Source: Bacteroidia bacterium (lineage in GTDB: Bacteria > Bacteroidota > Bacteroidia > NS11-12g > UBA955). From it: 54,638 bases of DNA. This document shows, one piece after another, positions 28,332 through 38,435 of this stretch. The stretch's first letter is position 1. Every line of letters starts with the position of its first letter. The notes under the pieces were generated by a model. It worked only from the letters and a program-made list of their open reading frames with translations, had not been told where the DNA came from and searched no databases. The DNA lies in the NCBI GenBank assembly GCA_965655465.1, contig CBFHGY010000005.1:1-54638 (forward strand), written 5' to 3'. The position numbers and the translations under genes were made by a program.

Positions 28332-29597
28332 TTATTCAGAAGCTAATACCTGCTGATAGAGTTCAGCATAGGATTTAGCAACTACCGCTTCATCGTATTT
28401 TCTTTCTGCACTTTCCCTTGCATTCGAACTCAACTGAGCGTATTTCGCTGGCTTCTGCATCAAATCTAAAACCCCTAGGGCCATGGATCTCCAATCACCT
28501 TTGGGATAGGTAAAACCCGTAACATCATTTTCGATCAATTCGGGTATTCCACCGATTTCATAACCCATTGCGGGTAAACCCAAAGCCAAAGCCTCCATTA
28601 CCGTAGTAGGCAAATTATCTTCCAAGGAAGTAGTAATATAAAGATCTGCAGCACCCATTAATTCATTAATCTTGTTTTTGTCTGATACATATCCCGCAAC
28701 AAAAGTATCTATAAGGGCCGGGATCTCGTTCTTCGAAGGTCCAATTATTATCGATTGTACCTTTTCCATTTTAAGTAAATTCACAATTTCGATAAAATCA
28801 CTAAACCCTTTTGCCCTGTTATCCAAATTTGCAGCTGCAAAAAGCAAGGTAAAATAACCCGTATTTAAATTTAATTCCTTGCGAATTTCTTGCTTTTCTA
28901 ATTGATTGAGAACATGAAAATCACCGGTTTTAATGGGATTAGGGATGCATAAAAATGGAGAATTAGCCTTGATAACAGGGCTGGTTCTAGCTATTTTGCG
29001 CAACCAATTACTTGGAGAGACCCAGAAAATTCTTACATCATTAAACATTTCAACTTTTTGCTTCAAACTAAATGATGATAGATCATTCGTTTCGGGGATC
29101 CCCAAATATGGACATTCCCCACAACATTTAGTAAGTCGCTCACATCCCCATAAATAAAAACACCCGCCAGTAAACGGCCATAAATCATGACATGTCCAAA
29201 CGATGGGCTTCCCCAAAAGAATTAATTTTTCAAGGCTTTCAAAAGAAAGAAATCCTTTTAAGATCCAATGAATATGGATAATATCTGCTGCTTGAATTAA
29301 AGGGTGCTCATGAATTTCGACACCCATGCGTGCATGATTAAATTGAAATCGAATGGAAGCTTCCCTTTCATATTGAAGGAAATCGAATTTATCCAGTGCG
29401 TGATTTACAAAAGCACGAATTTTCCTCCAAAATGTATGGGCCCAAACATACGTATTCACATCGACTTTCGATGAATGAGCATCAAAAATAAAGTGCGTTG
29501 ATTGAATACCTGTATATACATTCAAAGCCTGATTCAGACGTTGAGCAACAATGGAAGCCCCACCTTTATCCGACGCATTTAAATGTACAACCCGCAT
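28332..29597 (-). CDS. GT4-family glycosyltransferase (WcaC-like)
   Basis: GGASIVAQRL, WTCHDLWPFTGGC, EDNLPTTVME (EX7E), GGIPELI. Confidence 0.88.
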   Translation of the reverse strand: MRVVHLNASDKGGASIVAQRLNQALNVYTGIQSTHFIFDAHSSKVDVNTYVWAHTFWRKIRAFVNHALDKFDFLQYEREASIRFQFNHARMGVEIHEHPLIQAADIIHIHWILKGFLSFESLEKLILLGKPIVWTCHDLWPFTGGCFYLWGCERLTKCCGECPYLGIPETNDLSSFSLKQKVEMFNDVRIFWVSPSNWLRKIARTSPVIKANSPFLCIPNPIKTGDFHVLNQLEKQEIRKELNLNTGYFTLLFAAANLDNRAKGFSDFIEIVNLLKMEKVQSIIIGPSKNEIPALIDTFVAGYVSDKNKINELMGAADLYITTSLEDNLPTTVMEALALGLPAMGYEIGGIPELIENDVTGFTYPKGDWRSMALGVLDLMQKPAKYAQLSSNARESAERKYDEAVVAKSYAELYQQVLASE

Positions 29598-29601
29598 AAA
29601 A

Positions 29602-30828
29602 TTATGCTTCTTTAGAGATTAGTTTCAACTTCCTTACTAATAACCATGAAAGCAAGAAAGTAATTAACATTAAAAGCCCCCCTGAGAAATATGGCAAATG
29701 ATAATTTTGTGCGTATAAGAATCCACTTGCCAATGGACCAATTGTTCGTGCTAATGAGCCTAAGCTTTGTAAAATACCCAACATTTTGCCCTGAGCATCT
29801 TTGGGCGCATACAAGGAAACCAAACTATTAATTGATGGCATTAACAACCCATTTCCGATGGCCAAGAAAAATATAGCTAAGATTTGTACTGGATAAAACC
29901 ATTCAATTGATGGCAAAGGAATTATAGTCAAACCTAAACCCGCTATCGGACAACCCCAAAGTAACATGCGATTCAATCCTACTTTCTTTTGGAAATACCC
30001 AATTAGCCCGCCCTGAACAATGGCCGAAAAAATCCCTATTACGCCAAAAATATTACCAATAGCCTTTGGCGTGAGGGAATAATGTTCTTTCCAGAGCACC
30101 GCAGCATTGATTTGCATCATACTAAAGGCCGAAATATAAATGAAATTTATTAGCAATAACTCTCCGATGATGTCGATGTTCCAAGCCTGAATCATCCCTT
30201 TGAAGGTATCTTTAGGTTTACGTTTTACTCCGCCCATTTGGGTATTGCTTTCAGGAAGTAAAATAAAAGCCAGCACAAAATTTAAGATACATAAAAATGC
30301 CGTAAATACGCCTACAAATACCATTCCTCCATAAGAGGATTGAGCACCGGCTGAATATAACCAACCTCCCAAGGGAGGGCCGAATACAAATCCCAGACCA
30401 AATGCAGCTCCAATAATCCCCATTTTCTGAGCCCGATCTTTGGCATCAGTAATATCGGCAATATATGCTTGTGCCGCGCTTATATTAGCACTTCCAAAAC
30501 CAGATACAATTCTAGCTAACAATAAAATCCAAAACGAGCCTGCAAATCCAAAGAGTATATATCCTATTGCATTTACCAAAATAGATCCTAAAATTATTGG
30601 CCGTCTACCGATACGATCAGAAAGGGCTCCAAATAATGGCGCAAAAACAAACTGAATAATGGAAAATACCGCCGCAACCAAACCCACCGCAATATCCGGA
30701 TTAAGTCCATTTGCCGTCGCGGATGCCATGGTTTTGGCCAAATTAGGCAAAATGGGTATTACGATACCAAAGCCGAGTAAGTCAATAAAAATAGTAAGAA
30801 AGAGAATAGCTATGCGTTTGTCTTTCAT
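29602..30828 (-). CDS. MFS transporter, DHA1/TetA-like
   Basis: About 12 TM segments; IDLLGFGIVIPILP, motif A GALSDRIGRRP, motif C GFVFGPPLGG; ATG 30828 overlaps the upstream stop. Confidence 0.9.
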   Translation of the reverse strand: MKDKRIAILFLTIFIDLLGFGIVIPILPNLAKTMASATANGLNPDIAVGLVAAVFSIIQFVFAPLFGALSDRIGRRPIILGSILVNAIGYILFGFAGSFWILLLARIVSGFGSANISAAQAYIADITDAKDRAQKMGIIGAAFGLGFVFGPPLGGWLYSAGAQSSYGGMVFVGVFTAFLCILNFVLAFILLPESNTQMGGVKRKPKDTFKGMIQAWNIDIIGELLLINFIYISAFSMMQINAAVLWKEHYSLTPKAIGNIFGVIGIFSAIVQGGLIGYFQKKVGLNRMLLWGCPIAGLGLTIIPLPSIEWFYPVQILAIFFLAIGNGLLMPSINSLVSLYAPKDAQGKMLGILQSLGSLARTIGPLASGFLYAQNYHLPYFSGGLLMLITFLLSWLLVRKLKLISKEA

Positions 30829-31295
30829 ATTGTGATTTTGGGAAATGCCCAAGACTGGGAAAGTGGAATGTAAAGTTGTTCTCTTGCTTCATGCAGAGTA
30901 GCCACTAAAGGATTCAAAACCAAAGTATTGGAATCAATAAGTTTTTCACTGAAGCCTCTTTTGGCCTCGTCTAAATTGAAAACTTTCGCGGTGTTACAAA
31001 AGGGTTGCCAAATCCGCAACCGTTGAAAAAAATCTACCGGAAAATCACGCAGCAATTTAAAAACCTTATCAATACTGCATCCACTTGGTGGGGTTACGGT
31101 TTCATCAACGGCAACGATTAAAAACGCATCATGTAATAAGGCATAACTCGCAGTTAGGTCCGCTCCATGTGCTTGCCAATCCGAAACGAACTGGTCCATT
31201 TGAATACTGAGCTCTTGGATTTGTTGAGCAGTCAATACGTGTGCAGCGCCAAAACACCATACACGACAATGGCCGGGCATATGTGGTATTATCAT
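30825..31295 (-). CDS. Conserved Bacteroidota small protein with WxAHG and SGCSID motifs
   Basis: RVW...WQAHG...SGCSIDK; no Walker A motif; ATGA overlaps with both neighbours. Confidence 0.8.
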   Translation of the reverse strand: MIIPHMPGHCRVWCFGAAHVLTAQQIQELSIQMDQFVSDWQAHGADLTASYALLHDAFLIVAVDETVTPPSGCSIDKVFKLLRDFPVDFFQRLRIWQPFCNTAKVFNLDEAKRGFSEKLIDSNTLVLNPLVATLHEAREQLYIPLSQSWAFPKITI

Positions 31296-32071
31296 TTGAC
31301 GTGTTGATTTACCAATTCTGCAATATCCATAACCGCCACTTCATTTTCTTTTTCAAAATGTTTGGTACCATCTCGCATCATGGTCATGCAAAAGGGACAA
31401 TTTACTGCAATTATATCCGGGTTGTCCTGTAAGGCTTCTTCTGCACGTTCTACATTGACTTCTTTATGTCCGTTTTCTGCCTCTTTAAACATTTGAGCTC
31501 CACCAGCTCCACAACATAAACCATTGGTCTTACATCGTTTCATTTCTTGTAAATCAGCATCTAATTTTTCGATTACCATTCTTGGTGCTTCATAAATTCC
31601 ATTAGCGCGACCCAAATAACAACTGTCGTGATATTTTATTTTCTTACCAACAAAAGGGCCACCTTCCACGGCTAATCGACCTTGGTCAATAAGTTCATTT
31701 ATAAATTGGGTATGATGAACTACCTCATAATTACCACCAAGAGAAGGGTATTCATTTTTTAATGTATTAAAACAATGGGGGCAAGCGGTTACTATTTTCT
31801 TGATTTCATATCCATTCAAAACTTCAATATTTTGCATGGCTTGCATTTGAAAGAGGAATTCATTTCCAGCACGTTTTGCAGGATCCCCTGTGCATCCCTC
31901 TTCAGCACCGAGAATGGCGAATTCCACTTGTGCCTTTTGTAAGATTTCTGAAAAAGCTCGGCTCACACGCTGCGCACGTTCGTCAAAACTCCCAGCACAA
32001 CCCACCCAGAAAAGGATTTCGGGAGTTTTACCTTCTTGAATAAACGATTGAATTTCTTTAATTGCCTGCAT
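31292..32071 (-). CDS. CCG-domain (Fe-S)-binding protein, GlpC/HdrD-like
   Basis: WVGC, CTGD, ACPHC, YHDSCYLGR, CCGAGG, CPFC. Confidence 0.9.
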   Translation of the reverse strand: MQAIKEIQSFIQEGKTPEILFWVGCAGSFDERAQRVSRAFSEILQKAQVEFAILGAEEGCTGDPAKRAGNEFLFQMQAMQNIEVLNGYEIKKIVTACPHCFNTLKNEYPSLGGNYEVVHHTQFINELIDQGRLAVEGGPFVGKKIKYHDSCYLGRANGIYEAPRMVIEKLDADLQEMKRCKTNGLCCGAGGAQMFKEAENGHKEVNVERAEEALQDNPDIIAVNCPFCMTMMRDGTKHFEKENEVAVMDIAELVNQHVK

Positions 32072-32405
32072 CTAGCCGCAATTTCGCTATTTTTTTTGCG
32101 ATTTCCGCAAAGAAAAACTCATTTAGTTTTTGCACATTTTGCAAGTCAATGTGAGCCTTTTATTCAGCTCCCTTGAGATTTTCAAAAATTATTTCATCAA
32201 AGGGGCAATTTCAAATGGAATAATCAAAGCAAATCCCTTGTTTATCATACGTGTTCGAAAATTGGAAAATTCAACAAAAAGATTTATTGAGACAAACCTA
32301 TTTGATTTTAGACCTTCGAATAATATCCATTTCAATTGATAATTAACAGATGGCTTTTTTGCTGGGGGATAAAGTACCTTATAAATACTCGTTAAATACC
32401 TGTAT

Positions 32406-32432
32406 AAAAAAGGCCTCCTTTCTCAGGAGGCC
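32406..32432 (-). terminator. Intrinsic terminator of the usp-like gene
   Basis: GGCCTCCT/AGGAGGCC 8-bp stem followed by a T tract on the minus strand. Confidence 0.85.
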
Positions 32433-32453
32433 CAGTCATTTAGATTTTTGACA

Positions 32454-33260
32454 TTAATAACCTACACCACCCATACTGGTTATTTCCATAAAGGGCATAA
32501 TCAGAATCGGTACTGCAGATTTTTCACACACTCTTTGGAATGCACTGGTTTTAAACACCCCCTCACTATTGCTTACGGCACTTATCCAGCAAGGCTTCAT
32601 GGACTCTGAATGATCAATTACGACTTGTGCGCATTCTTTTGATGCCACTTCCTCAATAGAGGTCTTGATCTTTCGTTCTTCCATGTAAGCTTGTCCTTGC
32701 AGGCTATAAGCATGTACATAACGGATATCTTCTTTATCCGAAGGGCTACTTACACCCAATACATGTACTTTAGCACGAGTAAATTGTGCCCATTCAGAAA
32801 CCCGATAAAATTTTTGACGTGTTTCCGACTGACCATCTAGGGGCATAATAATTACATTGGGAGGTGCCCATGTTGTTGTTGCATTTAAGTACAACAAGGC
32901 ACTTTTAAATGTTTCAACCGTTGAGGACATCCCCCCTCCTAAAAAACCTGACTTAACACAAGCCGCTCCAACTACTACCATGTTGCAATCTTGTTCATCG
33001 GCTACCTTTGCCAGAGTTTTCCAAAAGGACCCTTCCGCTCGGATATATTCAAGATCTTTAAAATGAGTGCGTTTAAACTGCGCTTGATATTCCGCAAGAT
33101 TAGCCCCTGAGGTCAAATCTACGGAATCTGAGGTTTGTACATAGGTTAGACTCAAGTTTGATTTTTTACTCAAGTACACTGCTGCATTCAATGTGTGTTC
33201 TGCATTTACATTTTTGTCAATGCTAAATAAAATTCGTGTAGTTTTTTTATCCATAGGCAT
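32454..33260 (-). CDS. Tandem-domain universal stress protein (UspA-like)
   Basis: RILFSID...AVYLSK start, MVVVGA, second domain IIMPLD, terminal PILIMP. Confidence 0.6.
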   Translation of the reverse strand: MPMDKKTTRILFSIDKNVNAEHTLNAAVYLSKKSNLSLTYVQTSDSVDLTSGANLAEYQAQFKRTHFKDLEYIRAEGSFWKTLAKVADEQDCNMVVVGAACVKSGFLGGGMSSTVETFKSALLYLNATTTWAPPNVIIMPLDGQSETRQKFYRVSEWAQFTRAKVHVLGVSSPSDKEDIRYVHAYSLQGQAYMEERKIKTSIEEVASKECAQVVIDHSESMKPCWISAVSNSEGVFKTSAFQRVCEKSAVPILIMPFMEITSMGGVGY

Positions 33261-33360
33261 TCTTGGGTTGTTTATTCAAATAACGTTGAAATTACACAAA
33301 AAAACAACCCTTAAAAAAGACTTAACAAACTGAAAACATGTATGTTCAAAAAACAGATTA

Positions 33361-34074
33361 CTAAGCGAATAGATTGTACTTCAAAATACAATAAATGGCT
33401 CTAAAGCCATCTTTCCATCCTATTTTCTTTCCTTCATCAAAGGTTCTACCGTAGTAACTGATGCCAACTTCGTATATCCGTACGCCTTTAATTCGAGCAA
33501 TTTTTGCAGTTACCTCGGGTTCAAATCCAAATCGCTTCTCTTTTAACGATAAAGACTGCAACATCTCTGTACGAAACATTTTATAGCAAGTTTCCATATC
33601 TGTAAGATTAAGATTGGTAAACATATTTGATAAAAAAGTCAAAAACTTATTCCCGATACTATGCCAAAAAAATAATATTCTATGGGGATTTCCTCCCATA
33701 AAGCGGCTTCCGTAAACCACATCGGCCACTCCATCTACGAAGGGCTTTAGTAGGATATTATATTCCTGTGGATCGTATTCTAAATCGGCATCTTGAATGA
33801 CCGTAATTGTGCCTTTTGCAGCCATTATTCCCGTGTGCAAGGCAGCACCTTTTCCTTGGTTTTTTTCATGACGATTCAGGTTAATCTGCATATGCGGATT
33901 TTTATCTTTATACGCCAATAATGCTTCATAAGTGCCGTCTTTTGAACAGTCGTCGACAATGATTATTTCTTTTTGAAATCCTCCAATTAAGGAAACCTCT
34001 TCAATCTTATCAAGAATGAAATGTATCGTTTTTGCCTCATTATAGGCAGGTATTACGATTGACAATACTGACAT
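33361..34074 (-). CDS. GT2 glycosyltransferase (DPM1-like / polyprenol-phosphate sugar transferase)
   Basis: [42 protein letters not shown]. Confidence 0.92.
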   Translation of the reverse strand: MSVLSIVIPAYNEAKTIHFILDKIEEVSLIGGFQKEIIIVDDCSKDGTYEALLAYKDKNPHMQINLNRHEKNQGKGAALHTGIMAAKGTITVIQDADLEYDPQEYNILLKPFVDGVADVVYGSRFMGGNPHRILFFWHSIGNKFLTFLSNMFTNLNLTDMETCYKMFRTEMLQSLSLKEKRFGFEPEVTAKIARIKGVRIYEVGISYYGRTFDEGKKIGWKDGFRAIYCILKYNLFA

Positions 34075-34089
34075 TGGTTCAAAATTAGT

Positions 34090-34701
34090 TTAAAGTTTGG
34101 GTTTTACCTCCATGAGTCCAGGCACAAAATACCACTTACCTGTTTTCAATTCCTTGCATCTGAATCGACTGCGGAGTTTTGGCCCCCTTTCAAATTCACG
34201 ATCCTCAATGTAAAAATGTGCACCTTCAGGAATATTTTCGACCCACATTTTCAATTCGGCTTTCGAGTCATACTGCTTCAAAGTTCGCACCAGCTCTGGA
34301 CTTGTGCAGCTGCTTGCCGCAGGATTTCGGATATAATTTCCTACTGCAGATAGTACATCCTCGGGCAAAAATTCTTGGGTTAATATAGGTTGTGCAACCT
34401 CTTTAAATTCAAGTTTCCACTCAATACCATGAGGTTTAACCCGAAATCCTTGTTTTTCAAAATTTATCAAATGTGCAGTTTCATGCAAAAAGGTAACTAA
34501 AAAGGAATATGGGTTAAGATCGTTATTAACGCTTATGCGGTGGGGTTCTCCCGGTCGTGGAGGCCGATAATCTCCTAATTTAGTTTTTCTGGGCTTTTTG
34601 ATATGTAATTGAATACCGTATTTCCACAAAAGTTCATAGGCATATTGAGAACTACCCGGTGGAAGGTATTTTTCGAGAGTGCTCAGGAGGCTTTTACTCA
34701 T
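34090..34701 (-). CDS. SprT-like zinc metalloprotein
   Basis: RKTKLGDYR, FLHETAH (HExxH), PHGIEWK. Confidence 0.88.
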   Translation of the reverse strand: MSKSLLSTLEKYLPPGSSQYAYELLWKYGIQLHIKKPRKTKLGDYRPPRPGEPHRISVNNDLNPYSFLVTFLHETAHLINFEKQGFRVKPHGIEWKLEFKEVAQPILTQEFLPEDVLSAVGNYIRNPAASSCTSPELVRTLKQYDSKAELKMWVENIPEGAHFYIEDREFERGPKLRSRFRCKELKTGKWYFVPGLMEVKPKL

Positions 34702-34713
34702 GGAATAAAAATT

Positions 34714-35904
34714 CTAAAAATCCAGGCGTTCGGCCACTGTAAGTCCAATAGATAGAGAAGAAGTTGCTGCTGGACTAGGTGCATTTAATACATGAATAAA
34801 ATAGGTACTTTCTTGAATAAAAAAATCATCTAATAGATTCCCATCTTTATCTACCGCCTGCGCCCTTACCCCTGCAGAAGCAGGTTCTAAGTCGTTTTCT
34901 TGAATTTCAGGAATTAGCTTTTGTAGGGCTTTCGTGAAAGCCGGCTTTGAGAAAGATCTGTAGTACTCACCAATACCCGTTTTCCAATATTTCAATGCTA
35001 CTTTTTGGAAACCCCTCCAAGAGATACTTCCCCAAAAATCCGAAAAGTCAAAACTCGTTTTATGATACCCTTCCCTTTTAAACGCAAAAACTGCATTCGG
35101 TCCCGCTTCTATTTCACCTGTAATTCTACGGGTAAAATGAACCCCTAAAAAAGGAAATTGCGCATCGGGAACTGGATAAATTAAGGATTTTACTAAACCG
35201 GCTTTCTCCGGTTTAATGGTATAATATTCTCCTCTAAAAGGAATAATCCGTACATGTAATTCTTCTCCTGACAAAGCTGCAATTTTATCACAAAATAATC
35301 CGGCACAGTTTACCACCTTATCGGCACTAATTGTTCCTTTGGTTGTTGTAATCGCAACTTTTTCGTTGATGATTTCAAATCCAAGAACTGACTCATTAAG
35401 ACAAATTGAAACCCTTTCGCTTTGATTAAGAACCTGAGCCATGGCCTCTGTTAATTGACGGTAATTCACAATGCCTGTTTGGGGTACAAAGATGCCTTTT
35501 AACCCATTTGCATGAGGTTCATACTCTTTTATTTGATTCGCATCTAACCATTTCAAACCTTCCAAGCCATTTTCTACACCACGATGGTATAAGGTATTTA
35601 GTGCTGCAAATTCAGACGTATGCGTAGCCACAATGACTTTCCCGCATAATTCGTATGGTATGTTTTGTTCATCGCAAAATTCCAAAAGCATTTGATAGCC
35701 TCTCAAACAATTTTTAGCTTTCAAACTACCAGGTTTATAATAAATCCCCGAATGAATAACACCGCTATTATGACCGGTTTGATGCGAAGCTAAGGTACTT
35801 TCTTTTTCAATAATGGTTATGTTTATATTGGGATTTTGTTTCCAAATTTGATATGCAGTAGCGATTCCAACGATGCCTCCACCCACTATAACCAATTGTT
35901 TCAT
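34714..35904 (-). CDS. lhgO: L-2-hydroxyglutarate oxidase
   Basis: GGGIVG FAD motif, QTGHNSGVIHSGIYYKPGSLKA, PFLGVHFT, NAPSPAATSSL. Confidence 0.92.
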   Translation of the reverse strand: MKQLVIVGGGIVGIATAYQIWKQNPNINITIIEKESTLASHQTGHNSGVIHSGIYYKPGSLKAKNCLRGYQMLLEFCDEQNIPYELCGKVIVATHTSEFAALNTLYHRGVENGLEGLKWLDANQIKEYEPHANGLKGIFVPQTGIVNYRQLTEAMAQVLNQSERVSICLNESVLGFEIINEKVAITTTKGTISADKVVNCAGLFCDKIAALSGEELHVRIIPFRGEYYTIKPEKAGLVKSLIYPVPDAQFPFLGVHFTRRITGEIEAGPNAVFAFKREGYHKTSFDFSDFWGSISWRGFQKVALKYWKTGIGEYYRSFSKPAFTKALQKLIPEIQENDLEPASAGVRAQAVDKDGNLLDDFFIQESTYFIHVLNAPSPAATSSLSIGLTVAERLDF

Positions 35905-36160
35905 GCTACAAATGTATGAAAACTTCGTATGTCATATTCGAGCCTATATTTTTCTTGTCGGTTTTATACACTATTAATTTCCAACTGTACTGCTCCACTT
36001 GGGTCATTTGCGTAACACCTACAATTATTCATGCCTTCTTTTAAATTTGTAAATGACCCCTATATTCGAATCTTATATTGCTCTCAAATTCTAAATATTG
36101 GATATAGATTTCACTTAATCTACAAACTTAAAAATTCGAATACGGGTAAAATTCAGGTTA

Positions 36161-37363
36161 TCATAGATTCCATAATGACTGACCAATTTTACAATGTGAG
36201 CATCTTTTTTGTGCACAAAAATGCCGGCTTTGATGGATCAAACCAAAACTTAATAGTTGCGTATTTTTCTGTGAGGGAAGCAAGATCCGAATCTCCGAAG
36301 TAATGCGATTCAGTTCAAAGGTTCCTGATTCCAAAATATTTAAAAGTTCACCATCTATAAAACACCCAAGAAACATACGTCGTGCGCCCCAAATAGGAAG
36401 TATGGCGTTTTGAATCAACTTTGCCCTGTGTAATTCTCTCCAAGCAGGACCTTTTAATGAATTATCCAATAGATCAAATGTCTGCTCTAATAATAATGCA
36501 TCCCAATAACCTTGACGTTGGTCGACCCAAGTAAGAAATTGCAAAATACGTTCCATTGGATAAGACCCTGGTCTTAAATTCCGATGATGCCAAGCTCCAA
36601 TGCCACTTATTTGAGGAAAAACATTCTGTTTATATAATTTGATAAACTTTTCGAATTGTTTTTGAATCTTTTGGGGACTGGAATGCCACAAGCCCGAATC
36701 CATGAGAATCCAACCTATATAATCCGAAGCTTTATACCTTCGAAATACCTTTAAAGGCAATTGGCGGGCTAAATTCAAAGCATTCATCCGGTTTTGGGGA
36801 TCTACACAATACGCAAACAGTCTTATAAACAAGGTCCTTTCCCAATCAAAATTGATGGAAGCCGCCAATTGAAAACATTCCTCAGATTGTTCTAAAAAAC
36901 CCGTTATTGCGGCATCTTGTATTTGCGCATTCCGGATATCTGGTTTAACTTGATTGAGCAATTTTAAACATGGAAAACGTATTTTCTGATCATTCATTAT
37001 TTGCATTTTATGCAAATCTTTTTCGCAAAAATGATCTTCCAAACAAAGGGTTGGGATATGATATCCAAAATTATTGCAAACTTCTCGATCATGTAACCAT
37101 ACCACATGAAGTACTACTTGATTGTATCTGGGATCCAATTGATGGTGGTGCTCATCCCAATTAGAGGTGTGTATATGGATCTCTACAGATCCGTGATAGG
37201 TGATTCCATTTATTTCAACCTCAGCCCCTATGAAATCTGGGCCTTGCAATGGATTTAATGTCCCAAAATTCAGAATTCTAATTGTTTCAAGTTGGGTACC
37301 GGTAAAGGTGTTTTTTTTGAGCCAAATAGGATTCCAAAATTGGTGTAATAGGTCTTCTTTCAT
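36161..37363 (-). CDS. DUF2851-family protein
   Basis: MKEDLLH, QGPDF, GSVEIH...W..HHHQLDPRYNQVVLHVVW, HHRNLRP, FCAQKRCSHCKIG. Confidence 0.85.
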   Translation of the reverse strand: MKEDLLHQFWNPIWLKKNTFTGTQLETIRILNFGTLNPLQGPDFIGAEVEINGITYHGSVEIHIHTSNWDEHHHQLDPRYNQVVLHVVWLHDREVCNNFGYHIPTLCLEDHFCEKDLHKMQIMNDQKIRFPCLKLLNQVKPDIRNAQIQDAAITGFLEQSEECFQLAASINFDWERTLFIRLFAYCVDPQNRMNALNLARQLPLKVFRRYKASDYIGWILMDSGLWHSSPQKIQKQFEKFIKLYKQNVFPQISGIGAWHHRNLRPGSYPMERILQFLTWVDQRQGYWDALLLEQTFDLLDNSLKGPAWRELHRAKLIQNAILPIWGARRMFLGCFIDGELLNILESGTFELNRITSEIRILLPSQKNTQLLSFGLIHQSRHFCAQKRCSHCKIGQSLWNL

Positions 37364-37567
37364 ATCTCTTTCCACTAACGAGATTGAATTTAAGCTTAAT
37401 TACAGACTTTACCAATGTCGCAAACATTTGGACCATTGCTGGAATTTTGGCCAATTTATAATGGTTATTACCGTAATTAATTAAGGAATTGGGCAATTAT
37501 TAAACGCTTCAATCCTAGTTAGATACCGATCTAAAATGGAAAAAGCCCTATTGAATGATTCGACCGA

Positions 37568-38434
37568 TTAATTATACCTACAAACCGTTTCAATGGTAGT
37601 ATGTGTAACGCGATAGGATTGTAAGAGTTCTTTAATTTGCGATTTTATTTGGGCTTGTTCTTCCGCACCTTCACAGTCAACTTGAACGCAGGCAGTAAAG
37701 GCATTACGCGTAGTACTTATTGCCCAAAGATGTACGTTATCGATAGCAGAAACCCCATCAATGGAATTGATTTTATATGATAAATCTTGTAGGTCTATAC
37801 CTTCTGGAACGCCATCTAGGCTCAATCGTAAACTACTTGCAAAAAGACGCCATGTCCCTATAAAAATCACAATACAAATACCTAATCCTAGCAAGGGATC
37901 AATCCATATACCCATACCTATCGACATCAACCACCCCCCCACTATAACCGCCAAACTCACTAAAGCATCTGCCGCCATGTGAAGAAACGCTGCTCGATTA
38001 TTTAATTCGTTGCTATTCACAAATAAAAACGCGGTTATTGTATTTATCGCTACGCCGATTCCAGCTATCCACATAATTGAATTGGGATCTGGTGCAACTA
38101 AGTGCAACAATCGATAAGAGGCAGATTGTGCCATATAAATAATAGCTAAGAATAATAATATTGCATTAGCAAGTGAAGCAAGTATGGTGCCCTTACTAAA
38201 TCCGTACGTATAAATACCGCTTGGAGGAATTGCCGCCATACGAAATGCAACCCAACTAATCACCAAACCTAAGACATCACTGAGATTATGCCACGCATCG
38301 GCTTGAAGGGAAATCGAATTGATTTTCCAACCGTAATATAATTCAACTAAAACAAACACCACGTTCAACATGATACCAAGCAGGAATTTATTTCCCATCA
38401 GTACATGATGATCGTGGTGTTCGTGATTATGCAT
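37568..38434 (-). CDS. Cation diffusion facilitator (Zn/Co/Cd exporter, CzcD-like)
   Basis: His-rich N-terminus, DAWHNLSD, AFLHMAAD, about 6 TM segments, C-terminal domain ending HTTIE. Confidence 0.92.
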   Translation of the reverse strand: MHNHEHHDHHVLMGNKFLLGIMLNVVFVLVELYYGWKINSISLQADAWHNLSDVLGLVISWVAFRMAAIPPSGIYTYGFSKGTILASLANAILLFLAIIYMAQSASYRLLHLVAPDPNSIMWIAGIGVAINTITAFLFVNSNELNNRAAFLHMAADALVSLAVIVGGWLMSIGMGIWIDPLLGLGICIVIFIGTWRLFASSLRLSLDGVPEGIDLQDLSYKINSIDGVSAIDNVHLWAISTTRNAFTACVQVDCEGAEEQAQIKSQIKELLQSYRVTHTTIETVCRYN

Positions 38435-38435
38435 A

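Noticed and set aside
29602-30828. Tetracycline resistance gene (TetA-like)
   Set aside because: Generic chromosomal DHA1 transporter in a housekeeping-type operon, with no tetR or mobile context; the substrate cannot be inferred.
32130-32339. 69-aa ORF, and a roughly 48-codon TTG-started antisense ORF, in the 380-bp gap
   Set aside because: No motif or promoter support, and no visible remnant of a Fe-S partner gene.
37287-37496. 69-aa minus-strand ORF upstream of the DUF2851 gene
   Set aside because: Overlaps the DUF2851 start in another frame and has no recognisable features.
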